IMG/VR virus record: IMGVR_UViG_3300019487_000021
Origin: a virus
Lineage: Duplodnaviria > Heunggongvirae > Uroviricota > Caudoviricetes
Direction: 5' to 3' (one strand)
DNA: 64,000 nt
The notes under the pieces were generated by a model. That model saw only the letters and a list, made by a program, of their open reading frames with translations. It made no database searches and was not told where the DNA came from. Of this stretch, positions 35,576 to 43,732 are shown one piece after another; within the stretch, counting starts at the first letter, position 1, and each line of letters opens with the position of its first letter. Position numbers and translations under genes: made by a program.

Positions 35576-36304
35576 TCATTTAGCCCTATCTTTCAACGTC
35601 TTGAGTGCGTTTCGCATTCCTGCTGTTTTGCGGGTTATCAGGTGATCGCCCTTGAACACCACACCAAGAATCGAAAGTCGTGTGCTTCGTTCCTTACCAG
35701 GCCGACGATACCACACGATTGAACCACGTTCGCCAACAGCAGCAAATCGTCTTGTCACACTATCTGAGCTGGCGTAAACAGTGTCGATTTTCATGTTGTA
35801 GCGAGCAAGTAATCTCTTCAGTTCGAAGTATTCGAGTCCAGCTGATGCATCCCACTGATAACCTTCAGGAGGACCAGCATAGCGATCAGAGGTGAATTCG
35901 TAGTATGGATTGTCAATTGAATTAAACATAGACAATGAGATCTTTGCAGGAATTCGATTTTGAGGAATCTGTGATACTGGTGTTGTTACTGGTTTGACGT
36001 CTTCTCTCTTTACGTTGCGTTGTGCTGTCTCGTTCTTCTTGATTTCCCGCTCTACCCGACTAAGACCAAGTATTGCAATCTGGTACAATCGACGAAATTC
36101 GATGTTTTGCGGAATGTTTTCGATCCAAAATACTGGTTTTCCTGTTGCGTCAACAACCTCTAAGTATCCAGCGGTTTTTTGCCGAGTTCCAACCAGCTTC
36201 GAGTTAAGATCCTGCAACTCGTTGCGGTAATGACGCTCTCGATGAACCAATGCTTTATGTGCATGGGCGAGACGCTTAAGCTGCTGTTCAGGACCGTTTT
36301 CCAT
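35576..36304 (-). CDS. hypothetical protein, paralog of 38735-39595
   Basis: 'NPYYEFTSDRYAGPPEGYQW', 'GSIVWYRR'. Confidence 0.7.
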   Translation of the reverse strand: MENGPEQQLKRLAHAHKALVHRERHYRNELQDLNSKLVGTRQKTAGYLEVVDATGKPVFWIENIPQNIEFRRLYQIAILGLSRVEREIKKNETAQRNVKREDVKPVTTPVSQIPQNRIPAKISLSMFNSIDNPYYEFTSDRYAGPPEGYQWDASAGLEYFELKRLLARYNMKIDTVYASSDSVTRRFAAVGERGSIVWYRRPGKERSTRLSILGVVFKGDHLITRKTAGMRNALKTLKDRAK

Positions 36305-36332
36305 TGAATGTTTTCTTTTGACGATGATTGGT

Positions 36333-36350
36333 GGATATTTATAAATATCC
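36333..36350. promoter_or_regulatory. palindromic bidirectional late promoter
   Basis: GGATATTTATAAATATCC carries TATAAATA on both strands between divergent genes. Confidence 0.75.
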
Positions 36351-36373
36351 CTAAATCCAGGGGAAAAGACACC

Positions 36374-37279
36374 ATGCGAATCAAAGATCTCAAGAAGCCT
36401 CTCACCGAGATGGCAAAGAAGCAAGATGTGGAAGCGGCCTACCTTCAACATGTTGTTCAGGGTGGCATGTCTCGCCAAGACTTTCTTAAGCTATTGCAAC
36501 AACCACCATTTAACATGACGCCTGCGGGTGCTGGTACATACTATCAGAACGCAAAATCCGCACACGGAAAAGGAGCAGTAGCTGGTAGTGCAACCCCTGC
36601 AGCTCCGGTATCTGTTGTAGCAAAAACAGCAGTAGCAAAAACAGCAGTGCCTGCCGCAGCGTCACCAACAAGCGGCGAAGGATGGCTTAAACAACACAAA
36701 GTTGCCAATGCTTCCTTGAATAAAGCCGGAGCGTACGACGTAAACGGTGACGTTCACTTTGACGCTGGTGCAGTTAAGGAAGAGAAGTTTCCAGTGCAAT
36801 TCGGACACGTTACAGGAAACTTCATTTGCGCGGGTGGTGAATTGAAGACCGCGGAAGGCTGTCCAACGCAAGTAGATGGTGAGTTGTTTATTAACCACAA
36901 CCATCTAACCTCTCTATTTGGAATGCCAGCTGTTGTTGGCACACACTGTTCGATTGCAGGTAATATCGAATTGCGATCGCTTGAGCATTGCTCACAGCAC
37001 ATTGGTGGAAAGATGTACATGCAGATGTTGCCTGAAATTACATCGTTGCAGGATATTCACAAAAACATCAAATCGGTCGGTGGTATTCTTGACGTGACCG
37101 ATACACCATTGAAGTCGCACGTGTTGGGACTATTGTTAATCAAGAAACTTCCAGCAGTGCGTATGGATAATAAGAAGGTAGAAGAGATTATCAACAAGCA
37201 TCTTGCTGGTGAGCGTGACATTCACACTTGCCAGGAAGAGCTAATCGAGGCGGGGTTTGCAGATTTTGCCCGCCTGTAA
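36374..37279 (+). CDS. hypothetical protein with short solenoid-type repeats
   Basis: 'GNFICAGGELKTAEGCP', 'HLTSLFGMP', 'LRSLEHCS' repeats. Confidence 0.75.
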   Translation: MRIKDLKKPLTEMAKKQDVEAAYLQHVVQGGMSRQDFLKLLQQPPFNMTPAGAGTYYQNAKSAHGKGAVAGSATPAAPVSVVAKTAVAKTAVPAAASPTSGEGWLKQHKVANASLNKAGAYDVNGDVHFDAGAVKEEKFPVQFGHVTGNFICAGGELKTAEGCPTQVDGELFINHNHLTSLFGMPAVVGTHCSIAGNIELRSLEHCSQHIGGKMYMQMLPEITSLQDIHKNIKSVGGILDVTDTPLKSHVLGLLLIKKLPAVRMDNKKVEEIINKHLAGERDIHTCQEELIEAGFADFARL

Positions 37280-37288
37280 GCGGACAAT

Positions 37289-37363
37289 TGCCCTGTCGTA
37301 TAACGGCTAGTATGACTGGCTCTGAACCAGTAGATCACAGTTCGACTCTGTGCGGGGTTGCCA
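37289..37363 (+). tRNA. trnQ: tRNA-Gln(CTG)
   Basis: ACTGG-CTCTGAA-CCAGT, CCA. Confidence 0.9.
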
Positions 37364-37678
37364 ATGAAATGGGTGTTGATGATTACATTATTTTGGGGTG
37401 GTGACCAACACTTGGCTGTAGTAGGGCCGTTTGATTACTTCACATGTCATTTCGTACGGAACAACATGTCGAAGAAAACAATTGATGTGGATGATGAACG
37501 CGTGGTGATCATTGCAACGGAGTGTAAGGAGATGACCAGTGAAGACCCTTCTAAACGCAATTCTCTCCCTGCTCCGAGATCCACTACCACCGCCACCTGT
37601 TCAAAGGACGAGAATCGAGACAATGGCAGAATTGCGAGCTCGTCGTATAGAAAATGGGGTTGTCAAACCACGCAATAA
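37364..37678 (+). CDS. small membrane-associated hypothetical protein
   Basis: Hydrophobic N-terminus. Confidence 0.5.
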   Translation: MKWVLMITLFWGGDQHLAVVGPFDYFTCHFVRNNMSKKTIDVDDERVVIIATECKEMTSEDPSKRNSLPAPRSTTTATCSKDENRDNGRIASSSYRKWGCQTTQ

Positions 37679-37701
37679 GAAGTAAGGTGTTTGTTTCGAA
37701 C

Positions 37702-37952
37702 GCACACGTGCCAGAGAGGCTAATGGAGCTGCCTGCAAAGCGTATTTCAGATTTTGCAATATTACGAGAAGCAGAAAAGTGTATTCCAGTTTGTGCTAAT
37801 TGTCATCGTAAAATACACAAGTATGGGTTGGAAAATGTGAGAAATGCACTAGTGGCAGAAAGATAATGCATTCGCCTGCAAAGCGAAATTGTGCTGGTTC
37901 AAGTCCAGTCTAGTGCTCCTAATGTAGGGTTCGAATCCCTCCGTGTGCTTCA
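37702..37952 (+). pseudogene. split tRNA-Cys(GCA): 5' part 37702-37742, 3' part 37921-37952, with HNH remnant between
   Basis: GCACACG pairs CGTGTGC; intervening 'CIPVCANCHRKIH'. Confidence 0.7.
37846..37919 (+). tRNA. trnC: tRNA-Cys(GCA)
   Basis: TTCGC-CTGCAAA-GCGAA; GCACTAG/CTAGTGC. Confidence 0.9.
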
Positions 37953-37972
37953 TAAACAGATGAGAGGTCACT

Positions 37973-38320
37973 GTGGCTGAAAATCCATTTGACATAGATA
38001 AAGATCAGGAACAGAAGCAGGGCGATTCGGGTACGGCGATTCTTGAACGTGAAGAAGTTCGCACGAAAGAACCACCGATGTATCAGGTTGTGTTGTTGAA
38101 CGATGATTACACACCGTTCAACTTCGTCGTCGAAGTCTTGATCAAGTTCTTCAATATGGATAGCCAGAAAGCATTCAATGTCATGATGAGTGCTCACACG
38201 ACTGGGAAAGTAATTTGCGGTGTATATCCAAAGGATATCGCTGAAACGAAAGCAAAGCAAGCAACTGATTACTCAAGGGATCACAATCATCCTTTGACGT
38301 TCAATGTTGAAGAAGTATGA
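37973..38320 (+). CDS. clpS: ClpS adaptor
   Basis: 'PPMYQVVLLNDDYTPFNFVVEVL', 'H..G..ICGVYPKDIAETK'. Confidence 0.95.
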   Translation: MAENPFDIDKDQEQKQGDSGTAILEREEVRTKEPPMYQVVLLNDDYTPFNFVVEVLIKFFNMDSQKAFNVMMSAHTTGKVICGVYPKDIAETKAKQATDYSRDHNHPLTFNVEEV

Positions 38321-38321
38321 T

Positions 38322-38355
38322 GCGGGATTGGCCCATTGGCTGGGTTCTAGCCTTC
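38322..38355 (+). pseudogene. 5' half of tRNA-Gly broken in the anticodon
   Basis: GCGGGAT...CTAGC-CT-TC then unrelated sequence. Confidence 0.55.
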
Positions 38356-38422
38356 ACCAAGTTCTGGTTTAGCAGTCAATACTAACGGTTGTGTTAAATC
38401 TTGGGCAAAAGCACTAACGGAA

Positions 38423-38623
38423 ATGATGAGACTTGCAATGAATTTAAAGACGTCCGGTTCGAACGCTCGTAAAACCGATACGAGGCCGTTTAGTGAAGAG
38501 ATTGATCGGTTGTTTGTGTTAGCAGAAGACGGGACCTGTTGGTGCATCCCAACAGCAGAGTTCAAGGCACGGCATGCACTTACTTTGAATGAAGCTTGGG
38601 ATCCTTATAAGGTTAAAGTTTAA
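38423..38623 (+). pseudogene. C-terminal remnant of PD-(D/E)XK-type homing endonuclease
   Basis: 'NLKTSG', 'IDRLFVLAEDG.CWCIP', 'DPYKV'. Confidence 0.5.
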
Positions 38624-38626
38624 CCT

Positions 38627-38701
38627 GCGGGTGTCGTATAGTGGCTATTATCTCTGACTTCCAATCAGAGGAGGAGGGTTCGAATCCCTCTACCCGCTCC
38701 A
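38627..38701 (+). tRNA. trnG: tRNA-Gly(TCC)
   Basis: TCTGA-CTTCCAA-TCAGA, CCA. Confidence 0.9.
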
Positions 38702-38734
38702 AAGGACTAAAAATAAGCCAAGGAAATATACCCC

Positions 38735-39595
38735 ATGAAGTTAATACATGTCCGTGAATCGCTTGAGGCGATTGAACGGCAGCAACGTGCGATTGAACAT
38801 CGAAAGAAGCACATTGAGGGTCAAATCGATGATATCTTCCTCACCGTGGCACCGGGACTGGCCATCAGACCGGGACTGGCCATCAGCCCCTGGATCTCGA
38901 CGTCGCTCTCCACGCCAGATGATTTGGTTTTTGGAGGCAGGCATGGTGTGATCATCATCAATAAACGGACGCATCCAGATCTTGCAGCTCGTCTCGAAAA
39001 ATTAACAACCGAGTATAAGACGGTTGCAAACCGTTTGAAGGCTGTAAAAGCAGCGTACATTGATGCCAAGGTGAACCTCAATTCGCAGCAGACTCGAGAA
39101 GCAAAGGCCCAGGTGCGTGGGAAACCAATAACTGCTTCACAAATTGCGCCGGAACAAGTTCCGACACGAATTCAGTTTGACTATATCGTTAAAGATGTTC
39201 GAGGCCCTAAAGTTAGTTACACAGCTCGGCAAGGTACATTTGTTAATCCGTACTTCGAAAATACGGAGGGACAGTACGCTGGTGATCCAGAGTCGTATCC
39301 GTGGTGGGAAAAAGATGCTGTGTACTATAATCGTTTCAAATCCATGCTTGCAAAGCATGGATTGAAGTTTGATGTTGTTTATGCTTCAAATCCAAATCTA
39401 ACAAAGCGTCCAAATTTTATAGCAGTGGCACAAACAAAGCGCGGGAACATTGTTTGGTATCGAAGAAATAGCACTTTCGCTAGTGCATCGTACATGCAAA
39501 TGCCGAACATGGGGGGAGAGGGTTGGTATGTTGCTGATACAGCATTCAGTTACTTAGGTAAAAAACTAGATGAGTTAGCAAAGCGGCTAAAGTAA
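38735..39595 (+). CDS. hypothetical protein, paralog of 35576-36304
   Basis: 'NPYFENTEGQYAGDPESYPW', 'GNIVWYRR'. Confidence 0.7.
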   Translation: MKLIHVRESLEAIERQQRAIEHRKKHIEGQIDDIFLTVAPGLAIRPGLAISPWISTSLSTPDDLVFGGRHGVIIINKRTHPDLAARLEKLTTEYKTVANRLKAVKAAYIDAKVNLNSQQTREAKAQVRGKPITASQIAPEQVPTRIQFDYIVKDVRGPKVSYTARQGTFVNPYFENTEGQYAGDPESYPWWEKDAVYYNRFKSMLAKHGLKFDVVYASNPNLTKRPNFIAVAQTKRGNIVWYRRNSTFASASYMQMPNMGGEGWYVADTAFSYLGKKLDELAKRLK

Positions 39596-39601
39596 ACACA
39601 T

Positions 39602-39675
39602 GACGTGGTAACAGAGTGGCTATGTGACACCCTGCAAAGGTCGTCAAGGTAGGTTCGATTCCTACACACGTCTCA
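39602..39675 (+). tRNA. trnC: tRNA-Cys(GCA)
   Basis: CT-GCA-AA loop; GACGTG/CACGTC acceptor. Confidence 0.75.
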
Positions 39676-39692
39676 CAGAAGGATTTTTCATC

Positions 39693-40169
39693 ATGAAGCA
39701 CTTGAATCGTGACGGGATGTCTGTCGACTATCTCGACGGATATGGTACGATTGTTTACGATCCGTACCGAGGCGATATGAAGAATCGCACTAAGTGGTGG
39801 TGTGTTGTTGACGTTGATAAAGAAATCACACGGTATTACCGTTGGTGGCTTCAACGCGAAAAGCACATTATTCTTCACAAGCCAGCTTGGGATGCACACA
39901 TCTCGGTTATCCGAGGCGAACATGCCTGTGCTCAGCATCCCGAACTTTGGAAGAAATATCAGGGAAAAAAAGTCAATTTCCGATACGAACACGGTAATCT
40001 TCGTGCAGCAGACGATCCAGACGGTGGATTTTTCTATTGGATCGATGTAGACTGCGCTATGTTGAACCAAATCCGTGCAGAGTTTGGGTTGCCGCGTGGT
40101 TGGCGGTTTCACATCACGATTGGTCGCACCTACGAGTATGAAGCTCGTGTGCCCAAAACAAGAAAATAG
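39693..40169 (+). CDS. 2H phosphoesterase-like protein
   Basis: Two Hx(S/T) motifs: 'AHISV' and 'FHITIG'. Confidence 0.6.
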   Translation: MKHLNRDGMSVDYLDGYGTIVYDPYRGDMKNRTKWWCVVDVDKEITRYYRWWLQREKHIILHKPAWDAHISVIRGEHACAQHPELWKKYQGKKVNFRYEHGNLRAADDPDGGFFYWIDVDCAMLNQIRAEFGLPRGWRFHITIGRTYEYEARVPKTRK

Positions 40170-40240
40170 CCCCGTGGTGTAATGGCAGCATACCGGTCTC
40201 CAAAACCGTTGGTTGCGGTTCGAGTCCGTACGGGGCTGCA
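40168..40240 (+). tRNA. trnW: tRNA-Trp(CCA)
   Basis: CGGT-CTCCAAA-ACCG. Confidence 0.9.
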
Positions 40241-40251
40241 GAGGAGATAAC

Positions 40252-40476
40252 ATGGTAGACATTTTCTTCGCGAATGTGTGGAGAACGAAACCAGTAGAAG
40301 AAGTTCCTGAGATTCAGCTGAAATCATCGAGCGTGATGGAGCTTCCTGACGGATCTCGCCACTTCGTCGGATATAAGATAACAAGGCTCTCACCAAGAGA
40401 GGAAGCGTTTGTTCTCGGTAAGGACTATGAAGAAGCACCAAAGGAAGAACCCTTTATTATGGTGAAGACAATATGA
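40252..40476 (+). CDS. hypothetical protein
   Basis: GAGGAG SD; 'DGSRHFVG'. Confidence 0.6.
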   Translation: MVDIFFANVWRTKPVEEVPEIQLKSSSVMELPDGSRHFVGYKITRLSPREEAFVLGKDYEEAPKEEPFIMVKTI

Positions 40477-40898
40477 ACGATATTCAACAAATGTGTCTTG
40501 ATCACTTTAACGAGCCAGTACTCCTGAGCTTTGAGCTTGCTCGCTTGATAGGCTATGCCGAAGACGCCGATGACTGTTATTTGATTGTCAAGTATCCAAG
40601 AAAAGGCGTTGTATGGCATACAGCTGTTGGTGGATATATATTTCTTGATAAATTAAAAGGACAAGGTGCTGTGGTACCGTCATGCCCTTCTTACGAAGGT
40701 GAAGTGTGGGATGATTTTTACCGTTTGGATAATTTGTTAGAAATAACCGGTGTCACAAAGGAAAAAGAATTTATCGTAGATATAAGACCGCATCAAGTAT
40801 ATACGAAAATATCGAGGGAGTTTGGCGCAGCGGTAGCGCAAGATCCTTACAAGATCGAGGTCGTAGGTTCGATCCCTACAGCTCCTACCATGGATTGA
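40473..40898 (+). CDS. hypothetical protein ending inside tRNA-Val
   Basis: 141-aa ORF. Confidence 0.6.
   Translation: MNDIQQMCLDHFNEPVLLSFELARLIGYAEDADDCYLIVKYPRKGVVWHTAVGGYIFLDKLKGQGAVVPSCPSYEGEVWDDFYRLDNLLEITGVTKEKEFIVDIRPHQVYTKISREFGAAVAQDPYKIEVVGSIPTAPTMD
40816..40890 (+). tRNA. trnV: tRNA-Val(TAC)
   Basis: GATC-CTTACAA-GATC, CCA. Confidence 0.9.
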
Positions 40899-40902
40899 AA
40901 AG

Positions 40903-41127
40903 ATGAGCAAAGATCAAGAATTGATACCAAACTTTCTCAGTGTGTTTGAACACAAACTGGAACGTTTGAAGAAACAGATCAAGACCGAACTTGCGAAGCC
41001 AAAACGCGAGCGGCATCGTGCTCAACTGAAAGACATGTTGAACAATGCAAAGACATTGAAACATGCTGTGCACAAAGTGAGGAAGCAACAAACAAAACTC
41101 TGCCCGCATTGTGGGAGGGAGATTTGA
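40903..41127 (+). CDS. hypothetical protein with C-terminal CPHCG
   Basis: 74 aa; frameshifted diverged copy at about 41379-41500. Confidence 0.7.
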   Translation: MSKDQELIPNFLSVFEHKLERLKKQIKTELAKPKRERHRAQLKDMLNNAKTLKHAVHKVRKQQTKLCPHCGREI

Positions 41128-41286
41128 GACGGGAGTATGGTGTAATCGGTAGATGCGCGAGCCTGGTGATCTGTCGAGAAGCTTGGATACGAGTTTGGCG
41201 AGCTGTCGGAAAAGAAATATGAACAGTTTCGCAAGAAGTTGGTGAAGGAAATACAAAAGATTATGGGTGGTTAGCTCAGCGGTAGA

Positions 41287-41361
41287 GGGAGCTTAGCTCA
41301 GCGGTAGAGCAACTCGTTTCACCGAGAAGGTCGTAGGTTTCAATCCCTACAGCTCCTACCA
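41287..41361 (+). pseudogene. degenerate tRNA-Val copy (6-nt anticodon loop)
   Basis: 3' end nearly identical to tRNA-Val 40816-40890. Confidence 0.6.
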
Positions 41362-41506
41362 ACCATATGGGGATTTTGTGACTAAACCAATTCCGAATTT
41401 TCTTAACATTTTTGAGGGAAAATCACTGCTCTCAAGAAGCAAATCGAAAAAGAGTTGGATAAGCCAAAGAAAGATCACTCAAAGTCGATTTTAAATAAAT
41501 ACCAAA

Positions 41507-42034
41507 ATGCATCGAACTATAACGAAAGAACAGATTATCGAAGCCGTAAGGACTTCTGCTTCCATGCAGGAGGCTGCTAGACAGCTTGATTTACCGTATC
41601 AAACGTTTCGGTATCGTGCAACACAACTTCGTGTGTACAGACCAAGGCCAAATCCCACACGAATAGAGGGACTGAGCAACGCTCGAAAAGAATACCTGGA
41701 CCGTATCACGACACCGCTACAAGAGATTTTAACTGGTAAACACCCAACTTATCCAACACGCTCTCTTAAAGAACGATTGTTTAGGGAAGGACTGAAGAAA
41801 TCTCAGTGTGAGGAGTGTAAGATCGAAACTTGGAATGGTAAAAGATTGGTACTGGAGCTTGACCACGTGGACGGAAACAAGGAAAATCACAGATTAAGCA
41901 ACCTTAGGATATTGTGCCCAAACTGTCATTCGCAAACACCAACGTTTCGAAAAAGCAAAGGGGCAAAGAAACGGGTAATGAAACAATTACGGCCACGTGG
42001 GGGAATTGGTAGACCCGCTAGTCTTAGGAACTAG
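41507..42034 (+). CDS. free-standing HNH endonuclease
   Basis: 'CEECK...LELDHVDGNKENHRLSNLRILCPNCHSQT'. Confidence 0.9.
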   Translation: MHRTITKEQIIEAVRTSASMQEAARQLDLPYQTFRYRATQLRVYRPRPNPTRIEGLSNARKEYLDRITTPLQEILTGKHPTYPTRSLKERLFREGLKKSQCEECKIETWNGKRLVLELDHVDGNKENHRLSNLRILCPNCHSQTPTFRKSKGAKKRVMKQLRPRGGIGRPASLRN

Positions 42035-42073
42035 TGCTTTATGCGTGTAGGTTCGAGTCCTACCGTGGCCACA
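41991..42073 (+). tRNA. trnL: tRNA-Leu(TAG)
   Basis: CTAGT-CTTAGGA-ACTAG; overlaps HNH C-terminus. Confidence 0.9.
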
Positions 42074-42556
42074 CTGGAGATATGATAAGATGGTTTCGTC
42101 CAACGATACAACTTGCGAGCGTTCTATAATCTCGACGACGAGAATGTCGTGGTTGGTGGCAATCTTGAGCCAAATGAACAGGAGCATAGAAGCTCGTGTC
42201 GAGAGGCGTGTGGGTTCGAGTCCCTCTACTCCCACCAAAAAGGAGAGAAAAATGCATTCAGTATTACATATTGTGAAATGGGCTGTGATTGTTGCAGTTG
42301 TCGTCGCGGCATTGTGGCTAGGTCATGGTCTGTGGGAACAACTAACACACATGATGTAACAATGGCACGCGCATGTTGGCAGTGTTTACGACCAATCTAC
42401 GAGTGCATGGGTGCTGTTAGCGCTGGTGATTTGCTGCGATTTATGCGTGGAGAAATCCCAGGTGCGTTAGTACGCGAAACATGTGGGCATTGTGTTATGC
42501 GGAACATACTGTTAGACATTCAAGTCTATCCAAGTACTCCTTTATTGGAGTATAAG

Positions 42557-42649
42557 GGAAAGAGTGGCTGAGTCCGGCTTAAGGCACTACGTTGGAAGCG
42601 TAGCGAGCGGGTAACTGCTCCATGGGTTCGAATCCCATCTCTTCCGCCA
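42557..42649 (+). tRNA. trnS: tRNA-Ser(GGA)
   Basis: CTACG-TTGGAAG-CGTAG, long variable arm, CCA. Confidence 0.85.
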
Positions 42650-42704
42650 AACGGGCATATATACGGTCGAGTACTCCCATCAAAGTGGAGTTAAAGGAGG
42701 TCGT

Positions 42705-43085
42705 ATGAAACATATCATTGCAACTCTCGCATTTGTCGCTGGACTGTTCGCTGCATCAGGCAGCTGGGCACAAAGCGAAAACCTTCCGAATGATGTTTGT
42801 AAATTCCGTGCAAACATTGCGTCACAAATCGTTGGCCAACACGTTGAGCATGGTGTGCCGCTTGAAGCACTCAAAGGCTCTTTCGCAGCCTGGATTGTAT
42901 CTGGTATGGCAGGAGCGAACGATTTGCTCCGAGCTCAGATGAAGGAGTGGTACACCACATGGACTGGCCCAGTGTTCGAGAAATGGTTTGGTGATGTGTA
43001 TGCAAAGTACGACTCGTATCAAGTTGCGCATGATGCAGAGCTAGCAGCGTGCCGAGCAAACAACAACGCACCGCCCGTTGACTAA
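42705..43085 (+). CDS. secreted hypothetical protein
   Basis: GGAGG SD; signal peptide 'MKHIIATLAFVAGLFAASGSWA'. Confidence 0.75.
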   Translation: MKHIIATLAFVAGLFAASGSWAQSENLPNDVCKFRANIASQIVGQHVEHGVPLEALKGSFAAWIVSGMAGANDLLRAQMKEWYTTWTGPVFEKWFGDVYAKYDSYQVAHDAELAACRANNNAPPVD

Positions 43086-43304
43086 GTCGCTCCAGCTCAG
43101 TAAGGTATTGGTTTGAGGATACGTGCCCGAATCCCTAGACTGGTTAAGACACGTATCCAATAGTCTGATCTTAGGCAACCGCAGAATGGAATGCAGAGAG
43201 TGAAAGCGCCTAAACGTTGATTTGCATTCTTGCCGCAAGGATTGGCGAACTGGAAGCCGTGTACGGGCTCAAAACCAGCGGGTGGGTGCAAAGCCTACAT
43301 TTTT

Positions 43305-43379
43305 GCCCTCGTAGTTCAGTGGATAGAACGCAACGCTACGAACGTTGAAGTCGGGAGTCCGATTCTCTCCGAGGGTACA
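43305..43379 (+). tRNA. trnR: tRNA-Arg(ACG)
   Basis: CAACG-CTACGAA-CGTTG. Confidence 0.85.
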
Positions 43380-43382
43380 TAT

Positions 43383-43457
43383 TCGCGATTAGTTTAGAGG
43401 CAAAACACTAGCGTGACATGCTAGAGACCGAAGGTCCGAGTCCTTCATCGCGAACCA
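43383..43457 (+). tRNA. trnV: tRNA-Val(GAC)
   Basis: CTAGC-GTGACAT-GCTAG, CCA. Confidence 0.8.
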
Positions 43458-43507
43458 ACTTCCCGCCATAAATATCTCCACAAAACAGCATTTTCCGTGG
43501 AGATGTC

Positions 43508-43729
43508 ATGAAAATCCTCGAAATCCTTGAAATCCAAGAGCGCAAGCTACAAGAAGAGCAACATGCAAAACAACCAGGCGCTGACCCTATTGTGGAACGT
43601 GTACAATCACGTCCAACATCTCACATTTACGGTCTTGACCCAATCCTTGATGCAGAAACGATCGAACGTATTGAATTATACAAACATTCCGATCCAGCTC
43701 TGTACAAGAAAATCACCAGCATGGAATAA
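43508..43729 (+). CDS. hypothetical protein
   Basis: 73 aa, GGAG SD. Confidence 0.55.
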   Translation: MKILEILEIQERKLQEEQHAKQPGADPIVERVQSRPTSHIYGLDPILDAETIERIELYKHSDPALYKKITSME

Positions 43730-43732
43730 CAT

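Larger units (their letters stand above)
41131..42237 (+). pseudogene. split tRNA-Leu(TAG): 5' half 41131-41164, 3' half 42187-42237
   Basis: GGGAGTA/TACTCCC acceptor and CGAGC/GCTCG anticodon stems pair across 1022 nt. Confidence 0.8.

Noticed and set aside
41165-42186. Group I intron in tRNA-Leu
   Set aside because: The insert ends in A rather than the required G and contains whole tRNAs and a duplicated gene rather than a ribozyme core.
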